Shown: positions 1-9,544 of the stretch, piece by piece
How positions within the stretch are numbered: the first letter of the stretch is position 1
Layout of the letters: every line of letters starts with the position of its first letter
Origin: a virus
Lineage: Duplodnaviria > Caudoviricetes
DNA: 47,533 nucleotides
IMG/VR virus record: IMGVR_UViG_3300020235_000016
Span: 1 to 47,533 of that record
Strand: one strand, 5' to 3'
Position numbers and translations under genes: made by a program
Notes under the pieces: model-generated
Told to the model about the DNA's origin: nothing
Database searches by the model: none
Seen by the model: the letters and a program-made list of their open reading frames with translations, nothing else

Positions 1-3000
1 AGAGGATGCCCTCGGATGAGAGGCGCAGGCGGTTCAGCGCATCCCACACCCGGCCGATCGTGATCTCCTGCCACACCGCCAGCGGCGCGGCCTGGCGCAC
101 GTCGAAGACGTTCTCGTGCGCACCGACGTCAAGCTCCACGCCGTCCCTCGGTCGCTCACGTGGCGAGCCGGCCTGGATGCCGATGCCCAGCTTGGCGCGC
201 GCCTTGTTGCGCGCCTTCGTCTTGGTGTTGAGCGTGTGCAGGATGGGTAGGTAACCGTCGAACAGGGTGCGCGCCGTCTCTGCATCCCACAGCCCGATCT
301 CGACGCCGTACTGCCCCAGGCTGTTGAAGATGTCCGTCAGCTCGATGAGTCGGTCGTAGAGATCGGCACGGCGGTCGCCGAACTGCGCGATCCAGTCCTC
401 CTTCGAGTGCATGCGGTTGACGCCGCCGCCCGCCATGATCTTCCCGAGGGTGTTGGCCTCGGCCGTGCTCATGTGCATGTCGGCTGCGCGCTTCATCCAC
501 AGCGACGTCGCCTCCTGCGCCCGGTCCATGAAGCGCCTCGAGTCGACGGAGCCGTGACGCAGGGCGAGGTTGCTCGCGATCACCCGCCGCGGGTTGGCAC
601 TCGATCTGATCTGGCGCGCAACCGTCCCGCTCCAGAAGGACAGTATCTTCCCGACGTACCTGCCGAGGGCGTTGGGGCGACCGTCACGGGTGCCGAAGAT
701 GCCGGCGTGCTCGGCGATCAGGTCGGACCACGTCTTGGCGTTTGGGTTGTCGTGACCGAGCAGCTTGCCGAGCGATAAGGCTTCGATGCGGATGGGCTTG
801 TACTGGCCGCCGGTGCCTTCCCGCCAGGCCATCATGGCCGAGGCCGGGCCGGCGAAGAAGCGCACCACCTCGGAGGCGTGCGGAACACCGTCGATGGACA
901 CGCCCTGCTGCTGGACCCAGTCCCACATGATCTCGGGCAGGGACTCGGCGATGAACGTGTCGACGTTCTTGCCGGCGGCGTCGAGCGCGCCACGGGGGAA
1001 GGCCTCGGTCGGCTTCGCCAGCGCCTCGATCAGGTGGGCCGGGACCACGTGCGGTGCGGGGCCGAAGGTGTTCGTGGCTTCGAGCGCCTGCAGGATGGCG
1101 CGCACCTGCTCAGCCGACGCCTCGTCGTAGCGTTCCTTCACGATCACGACGGCCATGTGCTGGCTGGCCGCCTGAATCTTCGACGCGCGCGTGGTCATGA
1201 TCTCCCACGCCGCAGCTGGGTCGGCGTAGGTCGGCGTGCCGTCGGGCTCTGCAGAGGCGTGCACGAGCTGCTCGAGCGTCGTGTCTCGCTGCGCCAGCCG
1301 TCGCATCAGGTTGGCCACGTGCGTGGCGTCGAGGCCGCGCAGGATGTCCGGCCCCTCGGTTTTGCTTCGGGGCAATATGAGTTCGCCGCCGGGACCGAGA
1401 CGAAGGTCCATCAGCTCGATCAGCAGCTCCCGCTGTTCGCGCGCGGCCTCGTGGTACAGCCCGACCAGGTTGCTCGGGTCGGCCTCGGTGGCCTCCTCGG
1501 CGCGCAGGGCGCCGGCGCTCTCGATCACGAGCTCGCCCTTCGGTCCCAGCCTGTCGGCGCGCGTGATGCTGACCGAGGTGGCGCGCCGCTCGATCGGCTG
1601 GCCGCTAATCAGCTGGATCAGGCCCTCGGTGACCTCGGCCAGCGCCGGCTCGCCTTCGATCGTGGTCACCTTGGACTCCCCGCCCCTGGTGTGCTCGCCC
1701 AGCTGGGTGTGGGCGATGCGGCTCTGCAGCCGGCCGACGATGTCCGTCAGGTTCTTGCGGCCCGTGCGCGCCTCGCCCAGGCGTTCGATCTGCGCCTCCA
1801 AGGTGAGCATGACCTTGGCTGCCTGCTCGGGCGTGATCAACTCCTCGAGCTTGGCCTGCAGGAGCTTCCGCGGCTGCGGTAACTCGGTGTCCTCCACGAC
1901 CGGCGCGCGGTCGAGCCAGTCCTTGAAGCGGCGAGCCAGGCTGCCCGGCTTGCGACCGCCCTGAGGCATCTTGCCCCGGCCCGCCCGCATGTCGATCGGC
2001 GGCGCCAGCGCCACGACGCGTAGCAGGTCCATCGTGTGCTGCATGCCGGCGTTGGCCCGGCCCGCCTTGACGGTGCGGTGCAGCTGCTGCGGAGAGATCA
2101 GGCGCCGGCCGTGCTTGTTCACGGCGCGCGCGAGGCGCTCCTCGATGATCGGGTCGAGCACCGCCCCCGCCCTGATCATCTTTTGCCTCACGGCTTCGAC
2201 CTTGGCAACCGGCTGGTTGGTCAGGCGTGCAATCAGGGGCTGAAAGCCGGGCTGTTTGCCAGTGGCGGGGGGTGTGACCCCGGTGGCAAGGAGGTGGCCG
2301 ATGGTGTGCAGCTCGAGCCGCTGTTCTTCGATGCGTGCCTCCGCCTCCCGGCCCAGGGACCGGTACAGGTCACGTAGGATGCCCGCCTGGGTGGAGGCCA
2401 TCACCGCCTCCTCCTGCGCGAAGCGGTTCTCGGCCACGCCGCTGACGATGTCGACCGAGGCTCCGGGCTGCCAGAAGTCGGCACCGATCCTGACCTGCCT
2501 CTCCTTGGTGCTGTGCTCACCCAGCGGACCCGACCACAGGCTGGCCCCAGGCCCCTCTCCCGCACGCGCGCGCTCGGCGGCCAGCCGCACCTCCATGGAC
2601 TGCTGCGCCTTCTGGGCCTCCTGCAGGGCGGCGTAGACGGCTTCGATACGTGCCTTCTGCTCCTTCGGGTTGCCCGGCGCCGTCTGGCGCTCGATCTCGA
2701 GGAGCTCGGCGTCCAGCTCACCCCTCGATGAAGGTGCCCCCGGCTGGTTCGGTGTCGCCACCGATTTCGGCACCAGCGGGGGCGGCGGGCTCGTCTGTGC
2801 CTGATTCACCCTTGCCTGCAGGGCTTCGACGGAACCGAGGTCCGCGTCTCTCAGGTACTCGTTTGCCCGCTCTTCGCCGGACAGCCCGCCGAAGCCGCGG
2901 CGCCCTTCCAAGGCCGCAGCAACAGCTTCACGCGCCTGGATGACCTCGCCCGCAGTTGGAGGGCGAGAGCCTTCGGGGGCAGGCGCGAGAGACAGAGGCA

Positions 3001-6000
3001 CGGCGGCACCCGTGCGCTCTGCGAGGGCGTCCATGGCGGTGCGGCGCTCGACGCTACCGCCAGGTCCGGCGAGGTGCTTGAGGGCCTGGATGACCCTCCA
3101 ACTGCCAGCTGAAACGACGTCGGCGACAACCCTGCCCTTGGCATCGCGCGCCGTAACGATCTTGTCCGTGGCTCCCTTCTGACCGACGCCGTAGCCCAGC
3201 GCCAGGCCCTCGGTCCTCGGGTTCTCGGCCAGCTTGGCGATGGCGTCCCCGATCTTCCCCTCGGGAGCGATCAATGTTCCACGTGGAACACTCCGTGCCG
3301 TGAAGCCAGCTGGCAACTGCGGCACCTTCTCGCCGGGCGTGATCAGCACCGCCGGCTTGCGCCCGGCCACGAGGGCAGCCATCTGAGCGTCGATGGTCTC
3401 CTGCTTCTCGGGGACGGGGACGGGGGGATCCTTCTTCGGTTCCGGCTTCTTCGTGATGTGCGGTTGCACGTCCCGCTTCTTGCCCTGCCCCCTGACCGCC
3501 TTCAGCTTCGCCTGGTCCAGCACCACCAGCGACGTCGAGCCGGGGTCTTCGGCCGTGTTCTCGTACGAGAGCGCGTCGATGCCGCGCTCCAGGAGCTTGG
3601 CCCTGATTCGACCCATGGCTACGTCGCGCGGCAGGTCCGCGGCGAGCAGCTCCTCGACCCACTGCTTCTCCAGGTGCCCCTCGCGCGCCAGCTCGCGCCC
3701 GATGCTCTCCGGGGTCCAAGCTCCGGGGTCACCGGAGAGGGGGATGACGCGCTGCAGGTCGTGCTTGTAGGAGAGCACCTGCCCCTTGCTCACGTCCTCG
3801 CCCCGCTCGGCGCGGTGGCGCAGACGGTCGGTGGCTGCGCGCTCGGTGCCCACGTGCACGCCCAGGCCGTCCGAGATCTTGAGGTCCGCCGCCGGCACCG
3901 CTGACCCGTGGAACACCACGCCCTCTGGCCCCTCCTGCTCGGCACGGATGGCCTTGGTGGCTCGGCGCATGGCCTCCATCACCTCGACACCGCGCGCGCT
4001 CTCCACCTCCTCGAGCCCCTCGATCATGTCGAGCGCCTCTATGTCCACCTCGACCTTCTGGTCAGGCGGCTTCGCCTCCACCATCTCGGGCGGCTCGCCC
4101 TTCGCCTTCTTCAGCTGTGCAACCAAGGCCTTGTCCGCCTTGCGCACGCGTAGCTTGGCCAGCACGTCGCCCATCGCCTCGCGCAGGCCACGCTCGGAGT
4201 ACTCGTACTCCTTCGGGATCCACAGCTCGAGGTCGCCGGCGGCACGGCGCTGGCCCGTGCGGACGATGCCGTAGACAGGCTCCTGCCCTTCCTCGTTGCG
4301 AAGCTCGACGATCTCGAACGGGGCTCCACCCAGGTAGCGGTAGCGTTCGCGCCGCGCGCCACCGATCAGGGCTTGCTCGGACTGGCCGAAGAACTGCGGC
4401 CACTCGTCCGTTGGAATGTCCGGCTTCTCCACCTTGGGCTTGGCGGGCGGTCGCTCCGGTCGCTCGGCGGGCTGCGCACCCCTGGCGCGCCGGCTGATCT
4501 CGCCCTGGATCTGCGCGAGCACGCGACCCACGGCGGCCATGTACGGCACGTCGGCCTCGGCCCCCTTGCTCGCGTTGCGAGCCTGCCCCTCCATCTGGTA
4601 GAGGTGGTCGTTCGAGGCCATCGCCAGGATCTTCTCGATGTGGATGGGACCGCCACGTCCCTGAGCGATCTTCGCCAGGTAGTCGATCGTCGGGGCGTGC
4701 GTCGTCTGCGACTCGATGTCGGCCATCAGCTGGTTGGGCCCGAGCGTGGCCTTCAGGATCTGGTCGATCTCTCCCGGCGTGACGAAGTTCTCGAGCGAGA
4801 CGCGCTCCGCCTCCGCCTCGGTCTTGAACGTGCGCTCGTCACCCTCGACGCGCCAACCCTCCTCGGTATCCATCACGACCGGCTTGCGTCCGCCGAAGGC
4901 CTCGAAGATGGGGATCATGGCTTCGGGATCGGAAGCCAGGAGGTCGAGGTCGCGCAGGATCTTCTCGTTCAGCGCCTTCAGCTGCAGCTCCTGCGGTTCG
5001 CTGAGGAAGCGTTGCAGGGAGTCGCCGTGCTTGGCCTTGGAGTAGGCTCGACCGGCGGCGTACTCGGCGCTCGTCGTCGTCGCGAAGGCCAGCGCGCCCG
5101 CAATCCAGCGGCCGCCCGTGAACGCCTCGCGCCAGTAGGGCCAGAACGCTCCGTCGGTCCAGCTGATGTCCTCGCCGGCCTCCATCGCCAGGCGGTGCGC
5201 CTCGCCGTAGCTGGTCATCAGCGCGCCGGTGAGGAACGAGTGCAGCACGTGCCGGAAGGCAGCGCGGTTGACCTGCCCGCTGACCACGCCGCGGATCTCA
5301 CGGTCGACGATCTCGGCGGCCATGCCCTCGATCTTGCGCACGCCCGGCGTGTTGAGCAGCGCCCGGCGCGCACGGTCGACCATCATCGCGTCGATGCGCA
5401 CGGGCGTCTCGTACTTCTTGTACCACTCGCTGAACTTGTCGAGCTTCAGCCGCGTGGCGCCACGCCCAACGACCGCGCCGCCAATGCCCAGCATCACGCG
5501 CGCCGCCGATCCGAAGGCCCAGAAGGCTACACCTCCACTGACGCCGGCCTGGATCGCTTGGGGCAACGTGCCCTCGCCGGTGATCGCGTGCTTCATCACC
5601 TCGTGGTAGGCGAACCAGCCAGCGAAGGCAGGGTTGAACGTGTAGACCGACTTGACCGTGACCGCCGCTGAAGGCGGGGAGATCGTGCGGCCCATCACCT
5701 TGAGCGTCTTGCCGATCAGCGCGGGCACGGGAGCGGCCGCCAGCCCGCGGGCCGCGCCGCCGCGCCGCAAGGCAACCCCGCCGCGCCGCAGGGCTGTACC
5801 GACCACGCCGAGCGCCAGCTTGCCGCCGGCGATGTTGACCCCGATCTCGACCAGGCCCAGCGTCTCCTGGCTGAACGTCGTCCAGAAGTTGTTGCCGTAC
5901 TTCGCGTCGGCGTACTTCAGCGAGCGCAGGAAGCGCGGGTCGCGCATCAGGTCACGGTCGATGAGCTTGTTGCCGGTGATCTTCGGCACGAGCAGCTTGC

Positions 6001-7198
6001 CGTAGCCCGTCATCACCCAGTCGTCGGGGCCGTGGAAGAAATGGCCCAGGATGCTGTCGACGCGCACCTTGCCGCCGGCCAGGGCGTTCGAGGCCTCCTT
6101 CATGAAGTCCGAGTAGTTGAGCTCCATGCGCTCGCCACTCTCGGTGTAGAACACGACCGGCGTGTCAGGCCTGAACGGGATCAGGTCCATCTCTTCGCCG
6201 CCGAAACGCTCGCCCGTCTCGGGGTCGGTCCACTCCTCACGCGCGATCCACGCGCCACCGTCCTCCTCCTCGTGGATCTCGCCGTAACCCCACGCCGTGG
6301 CGTCGAAGGCCGCGCGGCTCGAGGTGCCCGCAGGTAGGGCCCCGATGTCCTCACGGTAGAAGAAACCCGCCTCGCCTCCCGTGTACGCGTCGATGATCCC
6401 GCCGCTCGGGTCGTCGTGCATCACGTCGCCCTGCACCCGGCCCTGCGCGTCGAAGTAGTTGCGGCCGACACTGCTACCGGGGCGGATGCCCATCTGGTGC
6501 AGCCAGTTGACGCTCTCCCGCTGGCTGTTCGCGATGTTGACGCCGGGGACGAACCCGATCACCCCATCCACGAGCTGCGTAACGACCTCGCTCGCCTGGC
6601 CCACGACGTTGAGCGGCGCCAGCTTGGCGGTCAGTCCGGGGCGCTGATCGAGGAACGGGTTCGCCGTGTACTCGGGCGACGACGTCTCCCAGAGCAGCTG
6701 GTCGCCGAAGAACCCCTGCGTTACGCGCTGCCCACCCCTCGTGATGAACTTGATCTGGGAGCCGGGCGGCGTGCCCTGAATCATCTCCGACATGCGCGCC
6801 GTCTCACCGCGGTCACCGCCCAGGGTTTGCTCCATCGAGCCGATGCTGCCGGGCAGGACCGTCGGGTCGCTGCGCCCCAACGCCGTCGGCCACCACATGG
6901 CGTCGGAGATCTCCATGTCCTCGCCATCGGCGTACGCCCTCTCCATCAGCGGACGCTCGGCCATGCGCTGACGGAAGTCGTAGGCCGTAGCCATGCGCTC
7001 CTTCAGCTGGTGCCGGTCGGGATCGAACCACCACCAATGCGTCTCCCTGTCGAACAGATCCCACGTCTGCTGTGCAGCAACGCGTTGCTCACGGGGCAGG
7101 CTAGTGTCGTAGATCTGATCGAGCTGCCCGTCCCGATTCATCATGTTCGGGACGACCCGGTCGATCCGCATCCCGTCGAGTGCGCCGCCCTCTTGCAC
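1..7198 (-). CDS. Giant (>2399 aa, 3' end outside window) internal-virion/ejection-type polyvalent protein with an ADP-ribosyltransferase-like domain
   Basis: Frame read by hand from GTG 7198 (VQEGGALDGMRIDRVVPNMMNRDG...) with no stop to base 1; absent from the ORF track because it has no stop in the window. GC3-rich codons. Last gene of the virion operon, where podoviruses place their largest ejection protein. Start could be ATG 7171 or 7144. Confidence 0.8.
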   Translation of the reverse strand, partial: MQEGGALDGMRIDRVVPNMMNRDGQLDQIYDTSLPREQRVAAQQTWDLFDRETHWWWFDPDRHQLKERMATAYDFRQRMAERPLMERAYADGEDMEISDAMWWPTALGRSDPTVLPGSIGSMEQTLGGDRGETARMSEMIQGTPPGSQIKFITRGGQRVTQGFFGDQLLWETSSPEYTANPFLDQRPGLTAKLAPLNVVGQASEVVTQLVDGVIGFVPGVNIANSQRESVNWLHQMGIRPGSSVGRNYFDAQGRVQGDVMHDDPSGGIIDAYTGGEAGFFYREDIGALPAGTSSRAAFDATAWGYGEIHEEEDGGAWIAREEWTDPETGERFGGEEMDLIPFRPDTPVVFYTESGERMELNYSDFMKEASNALAGGKVRVDSILGHFFHGPDDWVMTGYGKLLVPKITGNKLIDRDLMRDPRFLRSLKYADAKYGNNFWTTFSQETLGLVEIGVNIAGGKLALGVVGTALRRGGVALRRGGAARGLAAAPVPALIGKTLKVMGRTISPPSAAVTVKSVYTFNPAFAGWFAYHEVMKHAITGEGTLPQAIQAGVSGGVAFWAFGSAARVMLGIGGAVVGRGATRLKLDKFSEWYKKYETPVRIDAMMVDRARRALLNTPGVRKIEGMAAEIVDREIRGVVSGQVNRAAFRHVLHSFLTGALMTSYGEAHRLAMEAGEDISWTDGAFWPYWREAFTGGRWIAGALAFATTTSAEYAAGRAYSKAKHGDSLQRFLSEPQELQLKALNEKILRDLDLLASDPEAMIPIFEAFGGRKPVVMDTEEGWRVEGDERTFKTEAEAERVSLENFVTPGEIDQILKATLGPNQLMADIESQTTHAPTIDYLAKIAQGRGGPIHIEKILAMASNDHLYQMEGQARNASKGAEADVPYMAAVGRVLAQIQGEISRRARGAQPAERPERPPAKPKVEKPDIPTDEWPQFFGQSEQALIGGARRERYRYLGGAPFEIVELRNEEGQEPVYGIVRTGQRRAAGDLELWIPKEYEYSERGLREAMGDVLAKLRVRKADKALVAQLKKAKGEPPEMVEAKPPDQKVEVDIEALDMIEGLEEVESARGVEVMEAMRRATKAIRAEQEGPEGVVFHGSAVPAADLKISDGLGVHVGTERAATDRLRHRAERGEDVSKGQVLSYKHDLQRVIPLSGDPGAWTPESIGRELAREGHLEKQWVEELLAADLPRDVAMGRIRAKLLERGIDALSYENTAEDPGSTSLVVLDQAKLKAVRGQGKKRDVQPHITKKPEPKKDPPVPVPEKQETIDAQMAALVAGRKPAVLITPGEKVPQLPAGFTARSVPRGTLIAPEGKIGDAIAKLAENPRTEGLALGYGVGQKGATDKIVTARDAKGRVVADVVSAGSWRVIQALKHLAGPGGSVERRTAMDALAERTGAAVPLSLAPAPEGSRPPTAGEVIQAREAVAAALEGRRGFGGLSGEERANEYLRDADLGSVEALQARVNQAQTSPPPPLVPKSVATPNQPGAPSSRGELDAELLEIERQTAPGNPKEQKARIEAVYAALQEAQKAQQSMEVRLAAERARAGEGPGASLWSGPLGEHSTKERQVRIGADFWQPGASVDIVSGVAENRFAQEEAVMASTQAGILRDLYRSLGREAEARIEEQRLELHTIGHLLATGVTPPATGKQPGFQPLIARLTNQPVAKVEAVRQKMIRAGAVLDPIIEERLARAVNKHGRRLISPQQLHRTVKAGRANAGMQHTMDLLRVVALAPPIDMRAGRGKMPQGGRKPGSLARRFKDWLDRAPVVEDTELPQPRKLLQAKLEELITPEQAAKVMLTLEAQIERLGEARTGRKNLTDIVGRLQSRIAHTQLGEHTRGGESKVTTIEGEPALAEVTEGLIQLISGQPIERRATSVSITRADRLGPKGELVIESAGALRAEEATEADPSNLVGLYHEAAREQRELLIELMDLRLGPGGELILPRSKTEGPDILRGLDATHVANLMRRLAQRDTTLEQLVHASAEPDGTPTYADPAAAWEIMTTRASKIQAASQHMAVVIVKERYDEASAEQVRAILQALEATNTFGPAPHVVPAHLIEALAKPTEAFPRGALDAAGKNVDTFIAESLPEIMWDWVQQQGVSIDGVPHASEVVRFFAGPASAMMAWREGTGGQYKPIRIEALSLGKLLGHDNPNAKTWSDLIAEHAGIFGTRDGRPNALGRYVGKILSFWSGTVARQIRSSANPRRVIASNLALRHGSVDSRRFMDRAQEATSLWMKRAADMHMSTAEANTLGKIMAGGGVNRMHSKEDWIAQFGDRRADLYDRLIELTDIFNSLGQYGVEIGLWDAETARTLFDGYLPILHTLNTKTKARNKARAKLGIGIQAGSPRERPRDGVELDVGAHENVFDVRQAAPLAVWQEITIGRVWDALNRLRLSSEGIL
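3275..3290. promoter_or_regulatory. parS-consensus palindrome TGTTCCACGTGGAACA
   Basis: Perfect 16-bp palindrome matching the chromosomal ParB/Spo0J binding consensus; encoded with codons atypical for this gene (AGT GTT CCA CGT GGA ACA TTG). Confidence 0.7.
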
Positions 7199-7201
7199 GG
7201 C

Positions 7202-9544
7202 CTAGTTTCCCCGAACCGGGTGCTTCTTTTTCCAGGCCATCACGCGGTGCAGCGCACCCCTGGCCTCGTCCAACTCCTTGCTCCGTCTCGCCTCGAGCTT
7301 CTCCCTCTTGCGCCAGTCCCAACGGTCGTCACCAGCCAGGAACTTCTCCAGGAAAGCGTCAGCCCTTTGAGCGTCTCGCGACTCCGCCTGGAAGCGCCCC
7401 TCCAGGCGTGCAATCTCTGTCCGTAGGTGCTGGTCTTTGACTGAGTTGTCGGTGTAGCGGATCTTCCTGGGCGAGTCCGCCATTATGTTCTTCAGGAACT
7501 TGGCGGCGAGGCTAGTGCCCGTGAGCTGGGGCGGCTTCCGCGGCGGGATCGTCGGGGGCCGGCCCTTGACCCAGCCGGGCGCGCGCGTGCGACCTCCGAG
7601 CCCCGGATCCCCGAGGGGGACGCGGCGCGCACCACCGGGCACGAGCGGTGCCTTCACCTTCCGCTCGGGGAGATTGTCGAGCGAGTCCAGGATGCTACGC
7701 GCCTCCTCCTCCTCCGTCGGCGACGGGAGCACGGGGTCCGGCACGGCCGGGTGGAGCTGGGCCTGCGTCATGCGCGCGGCCGGACGGGGGATGAACCCAC
7801 CGGGGGCGCTGCCGACCTTGGCGTGGGTGATGTCCTCGCCCGGCAGGTAGCCGGCCCGTAGCCGGCTGAGGGGGTCGAGGTCGACGTCAACGTCGGACTT
7901 CGCGTCGGGCTCCGCGTCAGGCGTGGGCGCCGGCGGGGAGCCCGACGCTGCGCCAGGCACCATGGCGTTATACATGCGCCTGAACAGCTTGCTGCCGCGA
8001 TCCGAGGCCGTGAAGGTGTCGAGCGCCTCCATCGTCTTGGACGGCGTGCGCTTGGTGAAGATGCCCGACGTGCCGACCATCACCACCTCGCGCAGCACGT
8101 TCGGGTCGGCGAAGAGCCCGCCCTGGAACAGCCGCTGAAACGCCGGCAGGTTGGAGGTCGAGGGAGTGCCGCCGCCTACCTCAAGGTTGCCCTTGGCGTT
8201 GATCGAGAGCGTGAGTCTGGCGAGGTCTTCCTTGACCGTGGTCGTCGCAAAGCCTGCGGGGTTCGCTTGGATCCAGGACTCCACCGCCTCCGCATTGAAC
8301 AGGTTGAGCGAGGACACCGGCACGTTGGTCTTGACCGTGCCTGCGTCGAGGCGCTGCTCGATCAGGTCGAAGTTGTTGTCTCGCGCACGGGTCTTCGGCG
8401 TCTGCTCCTCCAGCCTGCGCGGCATCTCGTTCAGGAACCGGCGCTGAATAGAGTCGGTGCGGTCGTTGATCATCTTGCGCAGGTTCGGATCATTCTCTCC
8501 CGAGTAGATGCCGCGCGCGATGAGCCGTGCGTTCTGCGCCGAGGCCTCCTTCGTGCCCTGCTTGAACATCAGCTGGCGGATGTGATCCAGCTGGTCGACG
8601 CCCACGAAGTTCCGCGCGAACGGCTTGTCCATTGCCGCACGCATGTCCTCGACACCGGGCAGGTTCAGGGCCTCCATGCGCTCGGCGATGGCGTCGGTGG
8701 AGCCCGTGATGCTGGTGGCCGAGAACTCGCCGGCGTCGATCGGCCGGGCCACGCCCGTGCCCGCGCCGCCCGGCAATGTGATCGGCGTCAGCAGCGCGCG
8801 CTCGATCTCCATGTCCAGCTCGCGCTCGGCCAGCTCGGCCTGCGCCTCGTCGATAGCCTCCTTCTCCTCCTTGAGGGCGATGGCCTGCTGGTTCTTCGCC
8901 TGCGGCGACACCGCGGTGTAGTACTTGTCGCGCGCCGCCTGCGCAGAGTCGAAGTCTGACTGCCGCGCGTAGCCCGATGACGCCGAAGCACTGCCGGCGA
9001 TCAGACTGCCCATCGCGCGCGGGTCCATGCCCTGCTTGATGAGTGCATTGAACGCACGCATCTGAGACGCGCGACCCTCGGGCGTCATGATCCGCTCGCT
9101 GCGCGGCCGGACCAGGTCGTTGGCCTTACCCACGGCGCTCGCTTGGTCGTCGAAGTACGTCGCCTGGAAGAACTCGACGTACTCCTTGTACTTGGCCGCG
9201 TTGTTCGCATCGACCGACCCGTCCATGCCCTCGTACTTGTCGCGGATGGCGGCGATGCCGGGGATCTTGCTGATCGACTCTTCCGTGTATGGCGTCGTCG
9301 TATAGAGGCTGTCGTTGGAGATGCCCTCGATGAACTCCTCGACCGCCTTCTCCAGCTTGTCCTCTCGGATGGCCTTCGCCGCCTGCTGGCCGACAACGGC
9401 CATGCCCTGCGCGATGGCCTGCCCCTTGGCTGCGATGCCCGCCCCCTCGAGCTGGCCGGCGCGCTCGAGCGAGCGAGCGCCCTGCAGGACGCCGGCGATC
9501 TTGCTGACGTCGAACGATGGACTCCAGAAGTCGAACTCGGGCAT
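7202..9544 (-). CDS. Putative internal virion/ejection protein (780 aa)
   Basis: Helical, Ala/Glu/Gln-rich; TGATG-coupled to the upstream gene; lies after the nozzle-like gene. Confidence 0.6.
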   Translation of the reverse strand: MPEFDFWSPSFDVSKIAGVLQGARSLERAGQLEGAGIAAKGQAIAQGMAVVGQQAAKAIREDKLEKAVEEFIEGISNDSLYTTTPYTEESISKIPGIAAIRDKYEGMDGSVDANNAAKYKEYVEFFQATYFDDQASAVGKANDLVRPRSERIMTPEGRASQMRAFNALIKQGMDPRAMGSLIAGSASASSGYARQSDFDSAQAARDKYYTAVSPQAKNQQAIALKEEKEAIDEAQAELAERELDMEIERALLTPITLPGGAGTGVARPIDAGEFSATSITGSTDAIAERMEALNLPGVEDMRAAMDKPFARNFVGVDQLDHIRQLMFKQGTKEASAQNARLIARGIYSGENDPNLRKMINDRTDSIQRRFLNEMPRRLEEQTPKTRARDNNFDLIEQRLDAGTVKTNVPVSSLNLFNAEAVESWIQANPAGFATTTVKEDLARLTLSINAKGNLEVGGGTPSTSNLPAFQRLFQGGLFADPNVLREVVMVGTSGIFTKRTPSKTMEALDTFTASDRGSKLFRRMYNAMVPGAASGSPPAPTPDAEPDAKSDVDVDLDPLSRLRAGYLPGEDITHAKVGSAPGGFIPRPAARMTQAQLHPAVPDPVLPSPTEEEEARSILDSLDNLPERKVKAPLVPGGARRVPLGDPGLGGRTRAPGWVKGRPPTIPPRKPPQLTGTSLAAKFLKNIMADSPRKIRYTDNSVKDQHLRTEIARLEGRFQAESRDAQRADAFLEKFLAGDDRWDWRKREKLEARRSKELDEARGALHRVMAWKKKHPVRGN

